A DNA stretch of 64,000 nt from Vulcanimicrobiales bacterium (GCA_038231455.1 JBBRLI010000006.1:96001-160000), one strand, 5' to 3'; shown: positions 47,071 to 58,748, counted from the stretch's first letter. The notes: generated by a model from the sequence alone, not told the origin. Numbers and translations are program-made.

Positions 47071-48176
47071 TTCACGTACGTTCGCGGTAACTGTGCGGGC
47101 AGACGCGCGGCCATTTCGTAGTTGATCGTATTCGACCACGTACCCCAGTCATCGAGTGTGATCTGCGCATCGCCGTCGGTGCCGACCAGCGTTACCGTCA
47201 TTCCCGGATGGGCGCCCGGCACATCGGTCACATCGACCATGGTCATATTCATACACACGCGTCCCGCAATCGGGCATTGGACGCCACCGACGAGCACGAA
47301 GCCGCGGTTCGATGCAGCCCGCGGGATGCCTTCGGCATAGCCGATGGGGAGCACGCCGATACGCGATGTGCTATTGGCACGATAGGTGCGGCCGTACCCG
47401 ACGGACGTCTCGGGCTTGATGTCGTGCACGAGAACGAGTTCGCTTTCCCAGCGTAGAGCCGGCTGCAGCGTAAAGCCGCGCTCTTCCATCACCGTTTTTG
47501 TTTGCGCCGAGGGCCACAGTCCGTAGAGCGCGATCCCGGCGCGGACGCTCGTGAGTCGCGTACGCGTGAAGAGCATCGCAGCGGCAGACGCGGCGATATG
47601 TCGATCGATCTCCGCACCGAGCGGTCTTGTGATCCGAAGAAACCGTTCGATTTGAATGTCGGTGAAAGAAGCGTCGAGTTCTTCTGCTGCCGCTAAATGC
47701 GAGAACACGCCCGCAAGCGTGATCGCATCGCTATCGTGGTAGCGCTTGAGCACCGTGGGCGCATTCGCAATCGACATGCCCAGGCGCGTGACGCCGGTAT
47801 CGACCTTCGCGTGGACGATCGCGGGATCGCCGTGTGCGCGCGCGGCGCGTTCCAAATCGGCAAGATAGGCACCATCATCCCACAGCGTCAGTTCGACGGC
47901 ATGCGCGAGTGCTTCGCCAATGCGCGCCGCCGGCACCGGTCCAAGGACGTGGATGCGCGCACGGATCGACGCCGCGCGTAACGCGAGGGCTTCATCCAAT
48001 TCATACACGCACAGGCGATCGACATCTTCAGCGAGCGTTCGTCCGACTTCGATGAGTCCGTGTCCATACGCATTCGATTTGATGACCGCGGCCAGCCGCG
48101 CGGGAACGACCAACATGCGCATGGCGGCGGCGTTTGCGCGAATTGCCGCGCGGTCGACGATCGCGCGCGCAAGCAT
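47067..48176 (-). CDS. alr: Alanine racemase
   Basis: AVIKSNAYGHG PLP lysine, KVDTG..RLG, VGYG, GRVCM, TINYE. Confidence 0.96.
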   Translation of the reverse strand: MLARAIVDRAAIRANAAAMRMLVVPARLAAVIKSNAYGHGLIEVGRTLAEDVDRLCVYELDEALALRAASIRARIHVLGPVPAARIGEALAHAVELTLWDDGAYLADLERAARAHGDPAIVHAKVDTGVTRLGMSIANAPTVLKRYHDSDAITLAGVFSHLAAAEELDASFTDIQIERFLRITRPLGAEIDRHIAASAAAMLFTRTRLTSVRAGIALYGLWPSAQTKTVMEERGFTLQPALRWESELVLVHDIKPETSVGYGRTYRANSTSRIGVLPIGYAEGIPRAASNRGFVLVGGVQCPIAGRVCMNMTMVDVTDVPGAHPGMTVTLVGTDGDAQITLDDWGTWSNTINYEMAARLPAQLPRTYVN

Positions 48177-48647
48177 TTACGTGCGCTTCGCGAGACGCGC
48201 GACGATGGTCGCGACGGGGACGCCGAAGAAAAACGAACAACCGATGAGCCCGAGTACCGCGTTATTTGGGCCCGGCTGTACGAATGCATTGACCGCAACG
48301 AAGATCAACTGCATGAAGAAAAAGATGATGACACCGAACCCGATGCCCGAGGTGATGGGTCGCGCGATGAGTTGGCGCTGCGACTGCGCGACGAACGCAA
48401 AGCCAATTCCCCACCCGGCGGCAACGAGCAGCGTGACGAAGGCAACAAGCGAGATGCTCCCGGTCTCAAGCGGCGTGCCGGGGCCGACGATCGCGCGCGC
48501 GGCGTATGCGAGTGTCAATGCCGAAGAAGCGCCCGGTGCGAGGCCGTGGGCGATGCCGACGATGAGCCCGTAGAGCGAGATGACGATGAGGCCGGCGATC
48601 CCGGCAAGAATTCCGGCGCTCAGAACGGCGCGATTGAGTGCGGTCAC
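48177..48647 (-). CDS. Hypothetical membrane protein (about 4 TM)
   Basis: Hydrophobic ORF whose stop abuts the alr start. Confidence 0.7.
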   Translation of the reverse strand: MTALNRAVLSAGILAGIAGLIVISLYGLIVGIAHGLAPGASSALTLAYAARAIVGPGTPLETGSISLVAFVTLLVAAGWGIGFAFVAQSQRQLIARPITSGIGFGVIIFFFMQLIFVAVNAFVQPGPNNAVLGLIGCSFFFGVPVATIVARLAKRT

Positions 48648-48679
48648 GATGTCGACTCGTTCTCACCGCGGCGAGGCGA

Positions 48680-50260
48680 TTACTCCACGTGCACCGCGGC
48701 CGCTCCGCCCCTCCCGGTGTCTTTTCCGTTCAGAAGAAACACCGTTGGAATCGCGAGGATGAAGAGAATCCCGCAAAACCGGAAGAGGTCGTTGTACGAA
48801 ATCGCATCGGCATTGGCTTGAACGATGCTCATGATCTGTTGCACCGCATCCGGCTTGACGGTCGTGCCGACCATGGAATTCACCGCCGGATTTGCAAGCG
48901 TCACCGCTGCGGCTAAATTCGCATACGCCGTGGCTTGATCGCGCTGCTGGATCACTTGCAAGAGCGCGATCCCAAAGCTCCCGCCGAGTTGACGCACGAG
49001 CGTATAGAGGCCCGTCGCGTTTCCCATCGCCGCGCGCGAGATGCCGCTGAGCGTCGCCGTGGTGAGGGGCACGAAGAGAAAGCCGAGTGCGAATCCCTGA
49101 ATCGTGCGCGGCCAGAAGATATCCCAGAAGCCGGCATTCATATTGAGATAACTCATCAGGTACGAGCCAACGCCGAACATCCCAAGACCGATCGCGATCG
49201 ACACGCGTGCATCCACGAAGGCGGTGAGGCGTCCGGCGATCGGCATGCTCAGCGCCGTCGCGATCGCACCCGGCAACAGCGCGACGCCGGTCTGCCACGC
49301 ATCGAAGTGCAGGACGCCTTGGAAAAAGAGCGGCAGCACTAAATTGAGTCCAAAGAGTCCGAAGCCGCTCACGACGCCGATGATGTTGCCGGCTGTAAAC
49401 GAGGGCGACTTGAAAACACGCAAGTCGACGAACGGCGCTTTATCGTGCAGCGAGCGCCAAATAAACGTGGCGATGCCGCCGATGCCCACGACGAGCATCA
49501 GATCGATCGTGCCGGAGCTGAACCAATCGTCCCGTTGCCCGCGTTCGAACACATACTGCATCGCGGAGAGTCCGACCGTCATCATGCCGAGGCCGAACCA
49601 ATCGATCGAGCCTTCGGGCTTTTTGATGTACGCGGGATCGCGAATGAACGCCATCGTCATGAAAAACGCGACGATCCCAATTGGGATATTGATGTAAAAG
49701 ATGATCGGCCACGAGAAGTTATCGACGATGTAGCCACCGAGCGTCGGTCCGATCGCCGGACCCACCATCGCGCCAAGACCGAAAATCGTCATCGCCTGGC
49801 CGCGCTTTTCCGGCGGATATGATTCGAAGAGAATCGACTGGGCCGTCGGCTGCAGCGCGCCGCCGCCGAGTCCTTGCAGCACGCGCCAGAGCACGAGCAC
49901 CCACACGTTCGTCGCGGTACCGCATAAGAACGATGTAATCGTAAAGACGGCGATGCACGTTGCGTAGTAGCGCTTGCGCCCGAAGTACGCGGTCAGCCAG
50001 CCGTTGAGCGGCATGATAACGACGTTCGCGAGAATGTAACCCGTCGCGACCCACGAGATCTCATCGATCGTGGAGCCGAGGTTGCCCGCCATATTGTTGA
50101 GGGCGACGTTGACGATCGACGTATCGATGATCGCCATGATGAGCCCGAGCATGACGGTCGCCGTGACCAGGGCAACCGGCGGGTCTTTTTTCGCAACCGG
50201 CGCGCGCGCGACGGGGGCGACTGAGCGCCCCGTAATGCGAGGCAGCGAGAGAGTTGCGAT
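48680..50260 (-). CDS. DHA2 (EmrB/QacA) family MFS efflux transporter
   Basis: IDTSIVNVAL, WVATGY, RVLQGLGGG, GPTLGG, RQLGGSFG; first ATG (50152) lies inside TM1, frame open to ATC 50260 with GGAG RBS. Confidence 0.92.
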   Translation of the reverse strand: MATLSLPRITGRSVAPVARAPVAKKDPPVALVTATVMLGLIMAIIDTSIVNVALNNMAGNLGSTIDEISWVATGYILANVVIMPLNGWLTAYFGRKRYYATCIAVFTITSFLCGTATNVWVLVLWRVLQGLGGGALQPTAQSILFESYPPEKRGQAMTIFGLGAMVGPAIGPTLGGYIVDNFSWPIIFYINIPIGIVAFFMTMAFIRDPAYIKKPEGSIDWFGLGMMTVGLSAMQYVFERGQRDDWFSSGTIDLMLVVGIGGIATFIWRSLHDKAPFVDLRVFKSPSFTAGNIIGVVSGFGLFGLNLVLPLFFQGVLHFDAWQTGVALLPGAIATALSMPIAGRLTAFVDARVSIAIGLGMFGVGSYLMSYLNMNAGFWDIFWPRTIQGFALGFLFVPLTTATLSGISRAAMGNATGLYTLVRQLGGSFGIALLQVIQQRDQATAYANLAAAVTLANPAVNSMVGTTVKPDAVQQIMSIVQANADAISYNDLFRFCGILFILAIPTVFLLNGKDTGRGGAAAVHVE

Positions 50261-50303
50261 GACGAAGCTCCAGGAAAGTGTCGGTGTCGTAGGTAATTCT
50301 TAA

Positions 50304-50319
50304 ATGACGCTCACGTCAT
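50304..50319. promoter_or_regulatory. Candidate TetR operator
   Basis: Perfect ATGACG-N4-CGTCAT palindrome between the divergent MFS and TetR genes. Confidence 0.6.
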
Positions 50320-50347
50320 CTTACCCCGTCTCCGTTGGAATCGCAAC

Positions 50348-51091
50348 ATGGCATATGAAGTAACGAAGCTCGTTCGTGGCCGGCCGTATCGCTATCGGGT
50401 GGAGAGTTTCCGCGATGCCGAGACCGGCAAGGCGCGCGGTAAGTGGACCTATCTCGGCCCGGCCGATCGGGTCGCGCCCAGCGCCGAGCCGAAGCCGGAG
50501 CCGCGCGCCGCACGCGGCGCGGCGACTCGCGAGCGTTTACTCACCGCGCTCGAAACGCTCGCGCTGCAAGCCGACTGGTCGAAGCTTACGGCCTCAGCGA
50601 TTGCCGATGCGGCGGGCGTCGCGCACGGCACGTTTTACGTTCACTTTAAAAATAAAGACGAAGCCCTGCGCGCAGCGGCGGAACGCGTGCGCGAGGCGAT
50701 CGGATCGCCGGCTGCCGTCTTTGCGGAGACGCTGCCAACGGTCGCGGACGAACGCGCGCGTTTGCGCGGCTGGCTCGGCGGCATCCTCGACCAACCGCGC
50801 CAAATGTCCGGCGTATTGCGCGCGCTCTACACGATCGCCGCGAACGATCCGAACGTTGCGGCGCTGCGAGCAAAAAAACAGTGTCTGGCGCGCGCGGAAA
50901 TCGAGGCGTATCTTGTGCGTCTGCAGCAAGACGGTCGCACGACGGCGCATCCGGCCGGGACGGCAGCGCTCTTGTGGTGTTCGATCGATTCGTCGATGCG
51001 GCGGCTGGCGCTCGAGGATACGCCGCTCGATGCCGATGAACGCGATGGCTTAGTGAGCGCGGTCGAGCGCGCGATCTTTGGCGATGGTTGA
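50348..51091 (+). CDS. TetR family regulator with extra N-terminal beta-rich domain
   Basis: TRERLL...LTASAIADAAGVAHGTFYVHFKNK HTH starting near residue 58. Confidence 0.88.
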   Translation: MAYEVTKLVRGRPYRYRVESFRDAETGKARGKWTYLGPADRVAPSAEPKPEPRAARGAATRERLLTALETLALQADWSKLTASAIADAAGVAHGTFYVHFKNKDEALRAAAERVREAIGSPAAVFAETLPTVADERARLRGWLGGILDQPRQMSGVLRALYTIAANDPNVAALRAKKQCLARAEIEAYLVRLQQDGRTTAHPAGTAALLWCSIDSSMRRLALEDTPLDADERDGLVSAVERAIFGDG

Positions 51092-52605
51092 TACCGCGCG
51101 TGCCCGTGCTCATCGTCGGCGCCGGTCCGACGGGACTCGTGCTCGCGCTCTGGCTGACCAAAGCCGGCGTGCCCGTGCGCATCGTTGACAAAAATGCAAC
51201 GCCCGCGTTGGAGTCGCGTGCACTTGCAATCGCGGCGCGAACACTCGAATACTACGATCAACTCGGAATCGCCGCGCGCGTCATTGCAGCGGGTGCGCCG
51301 TTTCACGGAGCCAACGTCTGGAACGAACGTGGACGTGCGGCGCACGTCTCCTTCGGCGATATCGGCGGTGGAATTAGCCCGTATCCCTTCGCACTCGTCT
51401 ATCCGCAAAACGAGCACGAACGGCTGCTGGTCGACGAATTGGAGCGCGCGGGCACGCGCATCGAGCGTTCCGTCGAGTGCATCGGGCTCGCGCAAGGTGC
51501 CCGTGGCGTGGACGTAACCCTCCGCCATGCGGACGGCACGCTGGAAAGCGTCGAGCCCGACTATGTCGCGGCGTGCGACGGCGCGCATTCGCCAATTCGT
51601 ACAGAGCTTGGTATCGGTTTTGAAGGCGGGACGTACGAGCGGCTTTTTTATGTCGCCGATATTGCCGGCAGCGGCGGTGCGATCAACGGTGAAGTCAACG
51701 TCGGCCTCGGCAGCAACGACTTCATCGCGGCATTCCCAATGAAAGAAGCGGGACACGCGCGTTTAGTTGGAACGGTCGAGCCGACATCGACACTCGGCCA
51801 CGAGCCAACCTGGGATGACGTCGATCGGGCAACGCTCGCCTTGCTCGATCTCAAAGTCGATCGCGTTGCCTGGTTCGCGTCCTACCGGGTGCACCACCGC
51901 GTCGCCGCCGCGTTTCGCGACCGACGCGTTTTCTTGCTCGGCGATGCGGCACACGTGCACAGTCCGCTTGGCGGACAAGGCATGAATACGGGCATCGCCG
52001 ATGCCGTCGACCTCGGCTGGCGTCTTGCCGACGTGATTCACGAACGCTCACACGAGCGCGTGTTGGCAAGTTACGAGACCGAGCGGATCGCCTTCGCGCG
52101 CCGACTCGTTGAGACGACGGACCGCGCGTTCGCCGTCATCGCAAGCCCCGAGGATGGCGCCCGTACGGCGCGAGCGATCCTCCCACGCCTGGCGGCATTT
52201 GCATCGCGGCTGCGGCCGATCCGGCGGCAGCTCTTTCGGGCGATCTCGCAGACTGCGGTCAATTATCGGATGAGTGCGATCAGCACGGGCGAGTTCCTCA
52301 GCGTCCACGGCGGCGATCGCCTCCCGTGGCTCGCCGCGGACGATTTGGATGGGCCGGGCGATAACTACGCTCCGCTTGCCGCGCGTCGCTGGCATCTCCA
52401 AGCCTACGCCCCGGTTACCCCGGACGTGCGCGCCTTTTGCGATGGCCACGGCGTGCCCGTGCACGAATTCCGCCTGCGGCGCGGCACTCGAACCCCACTC
52501 TCGCCCGCGGCGATCTACCTCGTGCGCCCCGATGGCTATCTTGGACTCGTTGCCGAGCGCAATGCAGTGGACCGGCTCGAAGAATACTGGCGCCCGCTGC
52601 TCTGA
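51088..52605 (+). CDS. FAD-dependent monooxygenase (PheA/TfdB family)
   Basis: GAGPTGL, ACDGAHS..R, LGDAAHVHSPLGGQGMNTG, LVRPDGY. Confidence 0.93.
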   Translation: MIPRVPVLIVGAGPTGLVLALWLTKAGVPVRIVDKNATPALESRALAIAARTLEYYDQLGIAARVIAAGAPFHGANVWNERGRAAHVSFGDIGGGISPYPFALVYPQNEHERLLVDELERAGTRIERSVECIGLAQGARGVDVTLRHADGTLESVEPDYVAACDGAHSPIRTELGIGFEGGTYERLFYVADIAGSGGAINGEVNVGLGSNDFIAAFPMKEAGHARLVGTVEPTSTLGHEPTWDDVDRATLALLDLKVDRVAWFASYRVHHRVAAAFRDRRVFLLGDAAHVHSPLGGQGMNTGIADAVDLGWRLADVIHERSHERVLASYETERIAFARRLVETTDRAFAVIASPEDGARTARAILPRLAAFASRLRPIRRQLFRAISQTAVNYRMSAISTGEFLSVHGGDRLPWLAADDLDGPGDNYAPLAARRWHLQAYAPVTPDVRAFCDGHGVPVHEFRLRRGTRTPLSPAAIYLVRPDGYLGLVAERNAVDRLEEYWRPLL

Positions 52606-52632
52606 TGCGGTCCTCCGAGGGCGGGATTCCCC

Positions 52633-52697
52633 CTTGCACTCGTCGCCGGAGTCTGCTAATCTAGGCGTTGCTGGCAGTCATCTGCCACGAGTGCCAG
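52633..52697 (+). promoter_or_regulatory. groESL promoter with two CIRCE (HrcA) operators
   Basis: CTTGCACTC-N9-GTCTGCTAA (52633-52659) over TTGCAC-17 nt-TAATCT; CTGGCAGTC-N9-GAGTGCCAG (52671-52697). Confidence 0.88.
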
Positions 52698-52725
52698 TCT
52701 TATCTATTTTTGAGGAGCTAATCAA

Positions 52726-53034
52726 GTGAATTTGAAGCCACTGGGCGATCGTGTGGTCGTCGAGCACGTGGAACAGGCCGAGAAAACCGCCGGCGGCGTG
52801 TTTCTCCCCGACACGGCCAAAGAAAAGCCGCAAGAAGGTCGCGTTCTCGCCGTCGGCTCCGGCCGCACGCTCGACAATGGCACGAAGCTCGCCATGGACG
52901 TCAAGGTCGGCGACAAGATCATCTACTCGAAATACTCGGGTAGCGAAGTAAAAGTCGACGGCAAAGAAGTTCTGATCATTTCAGAAAAAGACGTGCTCGC
53001 GATTATGAGCGAAGAACTCGCAGGAGTGAAGTAA
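52726..53034 (+). CDS. groES: Co-chaperonin GroES
   Basis: [29 protein letters not shown]. Confidence 0.98.
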   Translation: MNLKPLGDRVVVEHVEQAEKTAGGVFLPDTAKEKPQEGRVLAVGSGRTLDNGTKLAMDVKVGDKIIYSKYSGSEVKVDGKEVLIISEKDVLAIMSEELAGVK

Positions 53035-54687
<1,653 letters not shown>

Positions 54688-54708
54688 TTCGCGCAAGCGA
54701 ATGAATCA

Positions 54709-54746
54709 AGAAAGACCCCGGCAGAAATGCTGGGGTCTTTCTATTT
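54709..54746 (+). terminator. Intrinsic terminator after groEL (probably bidirectional)
   Basis: AGAAAGACCCCGGCA-GAAA-TGCTGGGGTCTTTCT hairpin followed by T-rich bases. Confidence 0.88.
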
Positions 54747-54758
54747 CACTGCGGGTGA

Positions 54759-55190
54759 TTATGGCGGGAACGGATCTCCGCGTCGTACGCCAAAACAATC
54801 AAAGCCGGGCAAATCTCCTGACTGATTCGTGGCCGTGAACGCATACGAGCCGTCCGCATTCCGTTTGAGTTTTGGGTCGCGGACATTTTTCGTCGGGTGC
54901 GACCAACAGATCCGCCAGCGCGGTTTGAGCGCATCGTAGCGTTGCCGATCGATCACAAAGCCGACTGACTCTTCGAATGTGCCGGCCGGTGGGAGAATCA
55001 GGCTCTTGTCCGTTCCGAATGATTGCCATTCGTTGACGAACGCCGAAAGCAAATGTTGCGGCTCGGCGACCATCGCATCTCCGGACTCGATGATCCCGCT
55101 GGCGGGATATTTCAGATACGGCGTCTCCCTCGAACCGTATCGTACACCGTACGAGATGAGAATGAAGATGAACGTCGCGACTCACGTCAT
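54759..55190 (-). pseudogene. Possible exported-protein gene with in-frame TGA at codon 3
   Basis: ATG ACG TGA then open frame VATFIFILISYG... continuous with ORF 54759..55073. Confidence 0.3.
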
Positions 55191-55259
55191 CCGTCTTGCA
55201 AGCGAGCGGCCCGCGCACCTGGTCCGGCTACGTCTGCGTCGGCGTCTTTTTCTCGTCGC

Positions 55260-55652
55260 CTACCGAAGCAACTGCATGCCGGGCGCCGTTTTTGCAGCCC
55301 TTCGATCGAATGTCAGCGTTGACCGACACGTTTGCGCGAGGTTACTCTCGGTAACGAGAGCGTCTGCAAAGTCTGCACCAGCACGATACAAGCGCGTTGC
55401 TCGTCGAACGACGGAAGCGTCTTCGACCGTGATGGTCTCAAGGTCGAGGAGAACGTCGATCGCATCCGCTATTATTGTCGCCTCATAGCTATACGCACTC
55501 TCAAGAACCCAGACGAGTTCGAGAACTGTCGCACGATTTACGAAAGCGACTTCCTTCGCGTTCGTACCGAGAGTACTTCGCGCGAGAGCGGCCTGCTGTT
55601 CGTCGTCGCGCGTAATAAGTCGGACCAAAACGTTGGTATCGAGGCCAATCAT
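55260..55652 (-). CDS. vapC: PIN-domain toxin VapC
   Basis: GLDTNVLVR, ELVWVL, ADFADAL, TFD acidic tetrad. Confidence 0.93.
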   Translation of the reverse strand: MIGLDTNVLVRLITRDDEQQAALARSTLGTNAKEVAFVNRATVLELVWVLESAYSYEATIIADAIDVLLDLETITVEDASVVRRATRLYRAGADFADALVTESNLAQTCRSTLTFDRRAAKTAPGMQLLR

Positions 55653-55888
55653 GAACGCTTGCGCGCACGCAAACGCACGGCCGTATCCATTTCCTCGATC
55701 GTCCGCTTACGGCTCGCTTGCGGACAAACATTCATCAGGTCCTCGAGCGTCGCTTTCGCTCGGGTTAGCACGGCACCGCCGTCTTTGATTTCAACGGTGA
55801 ATCGATCGCCCTCGTGCCAGCCTAAGCGGTCCCGGATCTCTTTTGGCAGCGTTAACTGCCCTTTCGACGTAAGCGTTGTACGAGCCAT
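55649..55888 (-). CDS. vapB: AbrB/MazE-type antitoxin
   Basis: TLTSKGQLTLPKEIRDRLG...GD; AAGGA RBS; ATGA overlap with vapC; tandem GTAAGGA repeat upstream. Confidence 0.9.
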   Translation of the reverse strand: MARTTLTSKGQLTLPKEIRDRLGWHEGDRFTVEIKDGGAVLTRAKATLEDLMNVCPQASRKRTIEEMDTAVRLRARKRS

Positions 55889-56044
55889 TTCCTTACGAGC
55901 CTCCTTACCACTGTATTCTATCGCCTCTTCGGGACCAAATCCAACGATCGCCCTCGCGGCATAAGGCGGCGCTGACCCGTACCGCGTGCGAGCGAGCGAT
56001 TCGTGGGTAGGAGGCACTATTCGCACTTCTTTGGAGTACCGATC

Positions 56045-56389
56045 ATGTCACTCTCACGCATCGTGACCGTCGCGGCGATTGCCGGCGGCGTCATTGTCTC
56101 AAGCCAGCCCGCGTTCGCGAAAACCTCGATTTTCGAGGGCATCACCCGGCACGTCTCGACCAACAACATTAAGGTCGAAAACCCCAAGACGAAACAAACG
56201 CTGTCCTTTGAGATCTTGCCGAAGTTCAATCAAGTCTTCTCCAGCGACGGCAAAACGACGGCGCAGATGGACAAGATCAAGGCTGGCCAGTACGTCAAAA
56301 TCTACTTCGACCAGAAGTTTCTCGGCATGCGCCATGCGGATAAAATCCTCATCATGACGAGCCGCGATGCGGTCATGCGCAAAGAGTAA
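56045..56389 (+). CDS. Hypothetical secreted small basic beta-rich protein
   Basis: GGAG RBS, signal peptide ending PAFA. Confidence 0.7.
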   Translation: MSLSRIVTVAAIAGGVIVSSQPAFAKTSIFEGITRHVSTNNIKVENPKTKQTLSFEILPKFNQVFSSDGKTTAQMDKIKAGQYVKIYFDQKFLGMRHADKILIMTSRDAVMRKE

Positions 56390-56400
56390 CTGACCGAGCG

Positions 56401-56985
56401 GTGAAGAAGCGCGCGCTCATGCGTTTGCTTTCCGTTACCGCCCTCGCCGCGATGCTCGCCGTTTGTTCGACGAGCATCGCATCGGCCGCTGATGTCTTCA
56501 ATATTTCATCGCCCGCGTTTAAAGACGGCGATCTCGTGCAGACGAAATCGTATCTTGGTAATCGCGTGTTGAGTGATGGCTCGCAGTGCGGTGGTTCCGA
56601 CGTTTCACCGCCGGTCGCGTGGGCGAATCCGCCTGCTGGGACGCTGAGTTTTGCGCTCACGATCATCGATGTCGATGGCGGTATGGGCCAGACGTCGATT
56701 CATTGGGTGACCTACAACATTCCGCCAACCCAGATGTCGATCGCCGAGAATGCATGGCGTCAACCGACGTTGCCATTTGCGCAGGGGAAGCTCGCAAGCG
56801 GCTTCACCGGCTATCGTGGCTTCTGCCCGCTGAAGACCGATGCAGCGCATCATTACGTGTTGACGGTCTACGCGCTCGATCTACCGCCGACGTTTGGTGC
56901 CGACATGACGCGCACCGATCTCCTCGCCGCGGTCAATAAGCATTCGCTCGGGGTTGCATCGATGGTCGCGCGCATCGCGCGCTGA
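56401..56985 (+). CDS. Secreted YbhB/YbcL (PEBP) family protein
   Basis: CGG.DVSPP..W...PAGT.SFAL, IHWV.YNIP, GY.G.CP, HHY.LTVYALD. Confidence 0.9.
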   Translation: MKKRALMRLLSVTALAAMLAVCSTSIASAADVFNISSPAFKDGDLVQTKSYLGNRVLSDGSQCGGSDVSPPVAWANPPAGTLSFALTIIDVDGGMGQTSIHWVTYNIPPTQMSIAENAWRQPTLPFAQGKLASGFTGYRGFCPLKTDAAHHYVLTVYALDLPPTFGADMTRTDLLAAVNKHSLGVASMVARIAR

Positions 56986-57062
56986 TCGCGTCAGCTTAAC
57001 GTCATGTTAAAGCAACATTACCATTCACAACGAATTGTGGATGATGTGGATGGATTCTTGTC

Positions 57063-57488
57063 TTAGGCGTCCGGCGCGAGATTCGAACCGAGCGTAAAAG
57101 CCACCAGATCCTCGATCACGGCGACAACCGTGTCGGGGATTTTTTCCGCCGCCGAAACGCGGATGCGCTCGCCCACAAACGACCCGGCGATGGCCCCAAG
57201 AGCCCCAAGGCCAATCGCGATCCGGCGGTCGACATCCTCGACCCCCTGTGTGACAATCGCACCGCTGACGCCCCCGGAGATCGCGCGTACCACGAGCGGT
57301 GCGATCATCGTGCGTGAGGGTGTAAACGGCAACTTATCGACAAGCATCTCACCGAGCATCGCCATTGTCAGCACGGCCGAAATATTGTCTTTGGTCTTTG
57401 CGCGCGCAATCGCCGGTGCAGCCATCGAGCGCAGCCCCGCAACAACACCAATGCCGAAAGCACGTAAATACGCCGACGTCACATCCAT
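57063..57488 (-). CDS. DUF4126-like membrane protein
   Basis: G.VAGLRSM.AP, GEM.VDKLP.TPSR, A..ED.VA. Confidence 0.75.
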   Translation of the reverse strand: MDVTSAYLRAFGIGVVAGLRSMAAPAIARAKTKDNISAVLTMAMLGEMLVDKLPFTPSRTMIAPLVVRAISGGVSGAIVTQGVEDVDRRIAIGLGALGAIAGSFVGERIRVSAAEKIPDTVVAVIEDLVAFTLGSNLAPDA

Positions 57489-57534
57489 GACGTCGGCGTA
57501 CCCGTGCCTGGCGCCAGCGAAACGCTACGCGCGC

Positions 57535-58689
57535 TTACTGAGCGTGGTTGAAGAACGCGTTCAGGAAGCCGAAATTGTTGTTCGCGTTGTGCAGCACGTT
57601 GAGCGTAATCTGCTGCTGGAGTTGCGTTGCGGCGAACTGCGTAGCGGCCTGACCGACGTTCAGATCGGTGATGTTCGAGGCGGACTGCTGCAAGTTCACC
57701 GAGGCGATGTTGCTGTTGTTGATGTCATTTTGGATCGAGACTTCTTGGGCGCCGACCTGGGCGCGTGCGCTCGAGAGATTCTGCAGTGCCGAGTTGATCT
57801 GGCCTTGGGCGTTGGTGGCCGTCTGGCTCGAAGAGAAGTCGATATTGACCAGGCCGAGTGCGCTCGAGCTGCCGTTGGGGAGCGTGAGCTGAGTCGTCGC
57901 GCCTTGGTTTGCGCCGGTCTGAACCGTCGCGCCGGTGCCGGTCGTGCCGGCCGTAGCGCCAGTGACCTGGATGGTCGAGCTGGTGCCGACGTCAAGTGAA
58001 CTCAGGGTGCCGACGGTGAACGTCGTGCCGTTGACGGTGGTCGTCGCGCCCGAGGAAAGCAACGGGCCGGCCGTGACCGTGCCGGTCGCGGTGTCGGTGG
58101 TGGTGACCTGGGCCTGAATCACGCCGCCGCCGCTGTCCACGACGCTCAGACCAATCGTCTGGGCCGTCGCTGCCGGAGCGGCGCTGACGGCATTGGCAAG
58201 TTGTCCGCCGCCCGAGAGCGAGGCGTTTGCGGTAACCGCAGCCGCAGCCGGCGTCGCCGGAGTCGTGCCTTGGAAGCTTCCGTCGAGCAGGTTGTTGCCG
58301 TTGAACTGCGTGTTCTGGGCGTTCGTGTTGATCTGCTGGACGAGCTGGTTGGCTTCGGTCTGGAGGCTCCCGCGCTGGGTGGGGCTCAGGAAATCGTTCG
58401 AGGCTTGAATCGCGAGCTGCGAGAGGCGCTGCAGCGAATCGCTCGTTGAGGACAGCCCGCCTTCAGCGACGGCGGCGGCGTTGCCGGCGTCTTGCGCATT
58501 CGATGCGGCCTGGTCAAAGCCGTTGACTTGCGCTTGAAGGGAAGCGGCGATCGCGATACCCGAGGGGTCCGAGGCGGCCGACGTGATCCGCTTACCGCTC
58601 GAGAGCTGATTGCTCTGATCGAGCAGGCGCTGCTGATACTGGGCGAGGGGTGTAAGGGCGGCGTTTGCCGCTCCGATTCCAAATGACAT
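57535..58689 (-). CDS. Flagellin-like protein (stand-alone)
   Basis: LSSGKRI.SAA.DPSG.AI, AEGGL, T.FNG..LLDG, RA.VGA, S.I.D; GGAGG RBS. Confidence 0.88.
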   Translation of the reverse strand: MSFGIGAANAALTPLAQYQQRLLDQSNQLSSGKRITSAASDPSGIAIAASLQAQVNGFDQAASNAQDAGNAAAVAEGGLSSTSDSLQRLSQLAIQASNDFLSPTQRGSLQTEANQLVQQINTNAQNTQFNGNNLLDGSFQGTTPATPAAAAVTANASLSGGGQLANAVSAAPAATAQTIGLSVVDSGGGVIQAQVTTTDTATGTVTAGPLLSSGATTTVNGTTFTVGTLSSLDVGTSSTIQVTGATAGTTGTGATVQTGANQGATTQLTLPNGSSSALGLVNIDFSSSQTATNAQGQINSALQNLSSARAQVGAQEVSIQNDINNSNIASVNLQQSASNITDLNVGQAATQFAATQLQQQITLNVLHNANNNFGFLNAFFNHAQ

Positions 58690-58748
58690 TGACGTCCTCC
58701 GTGCGGGGGCGACCGGGCCCCGGTTGCTCGCTTCTGCTAGCTTATCAG

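Noticed and set aside
56990-57062. AT-rich spacer with TTAAC-N5-GTTAA palindrome as possible sRNA or operator
   Set aside because: Lies between convergent genes; too short and unsupported to call
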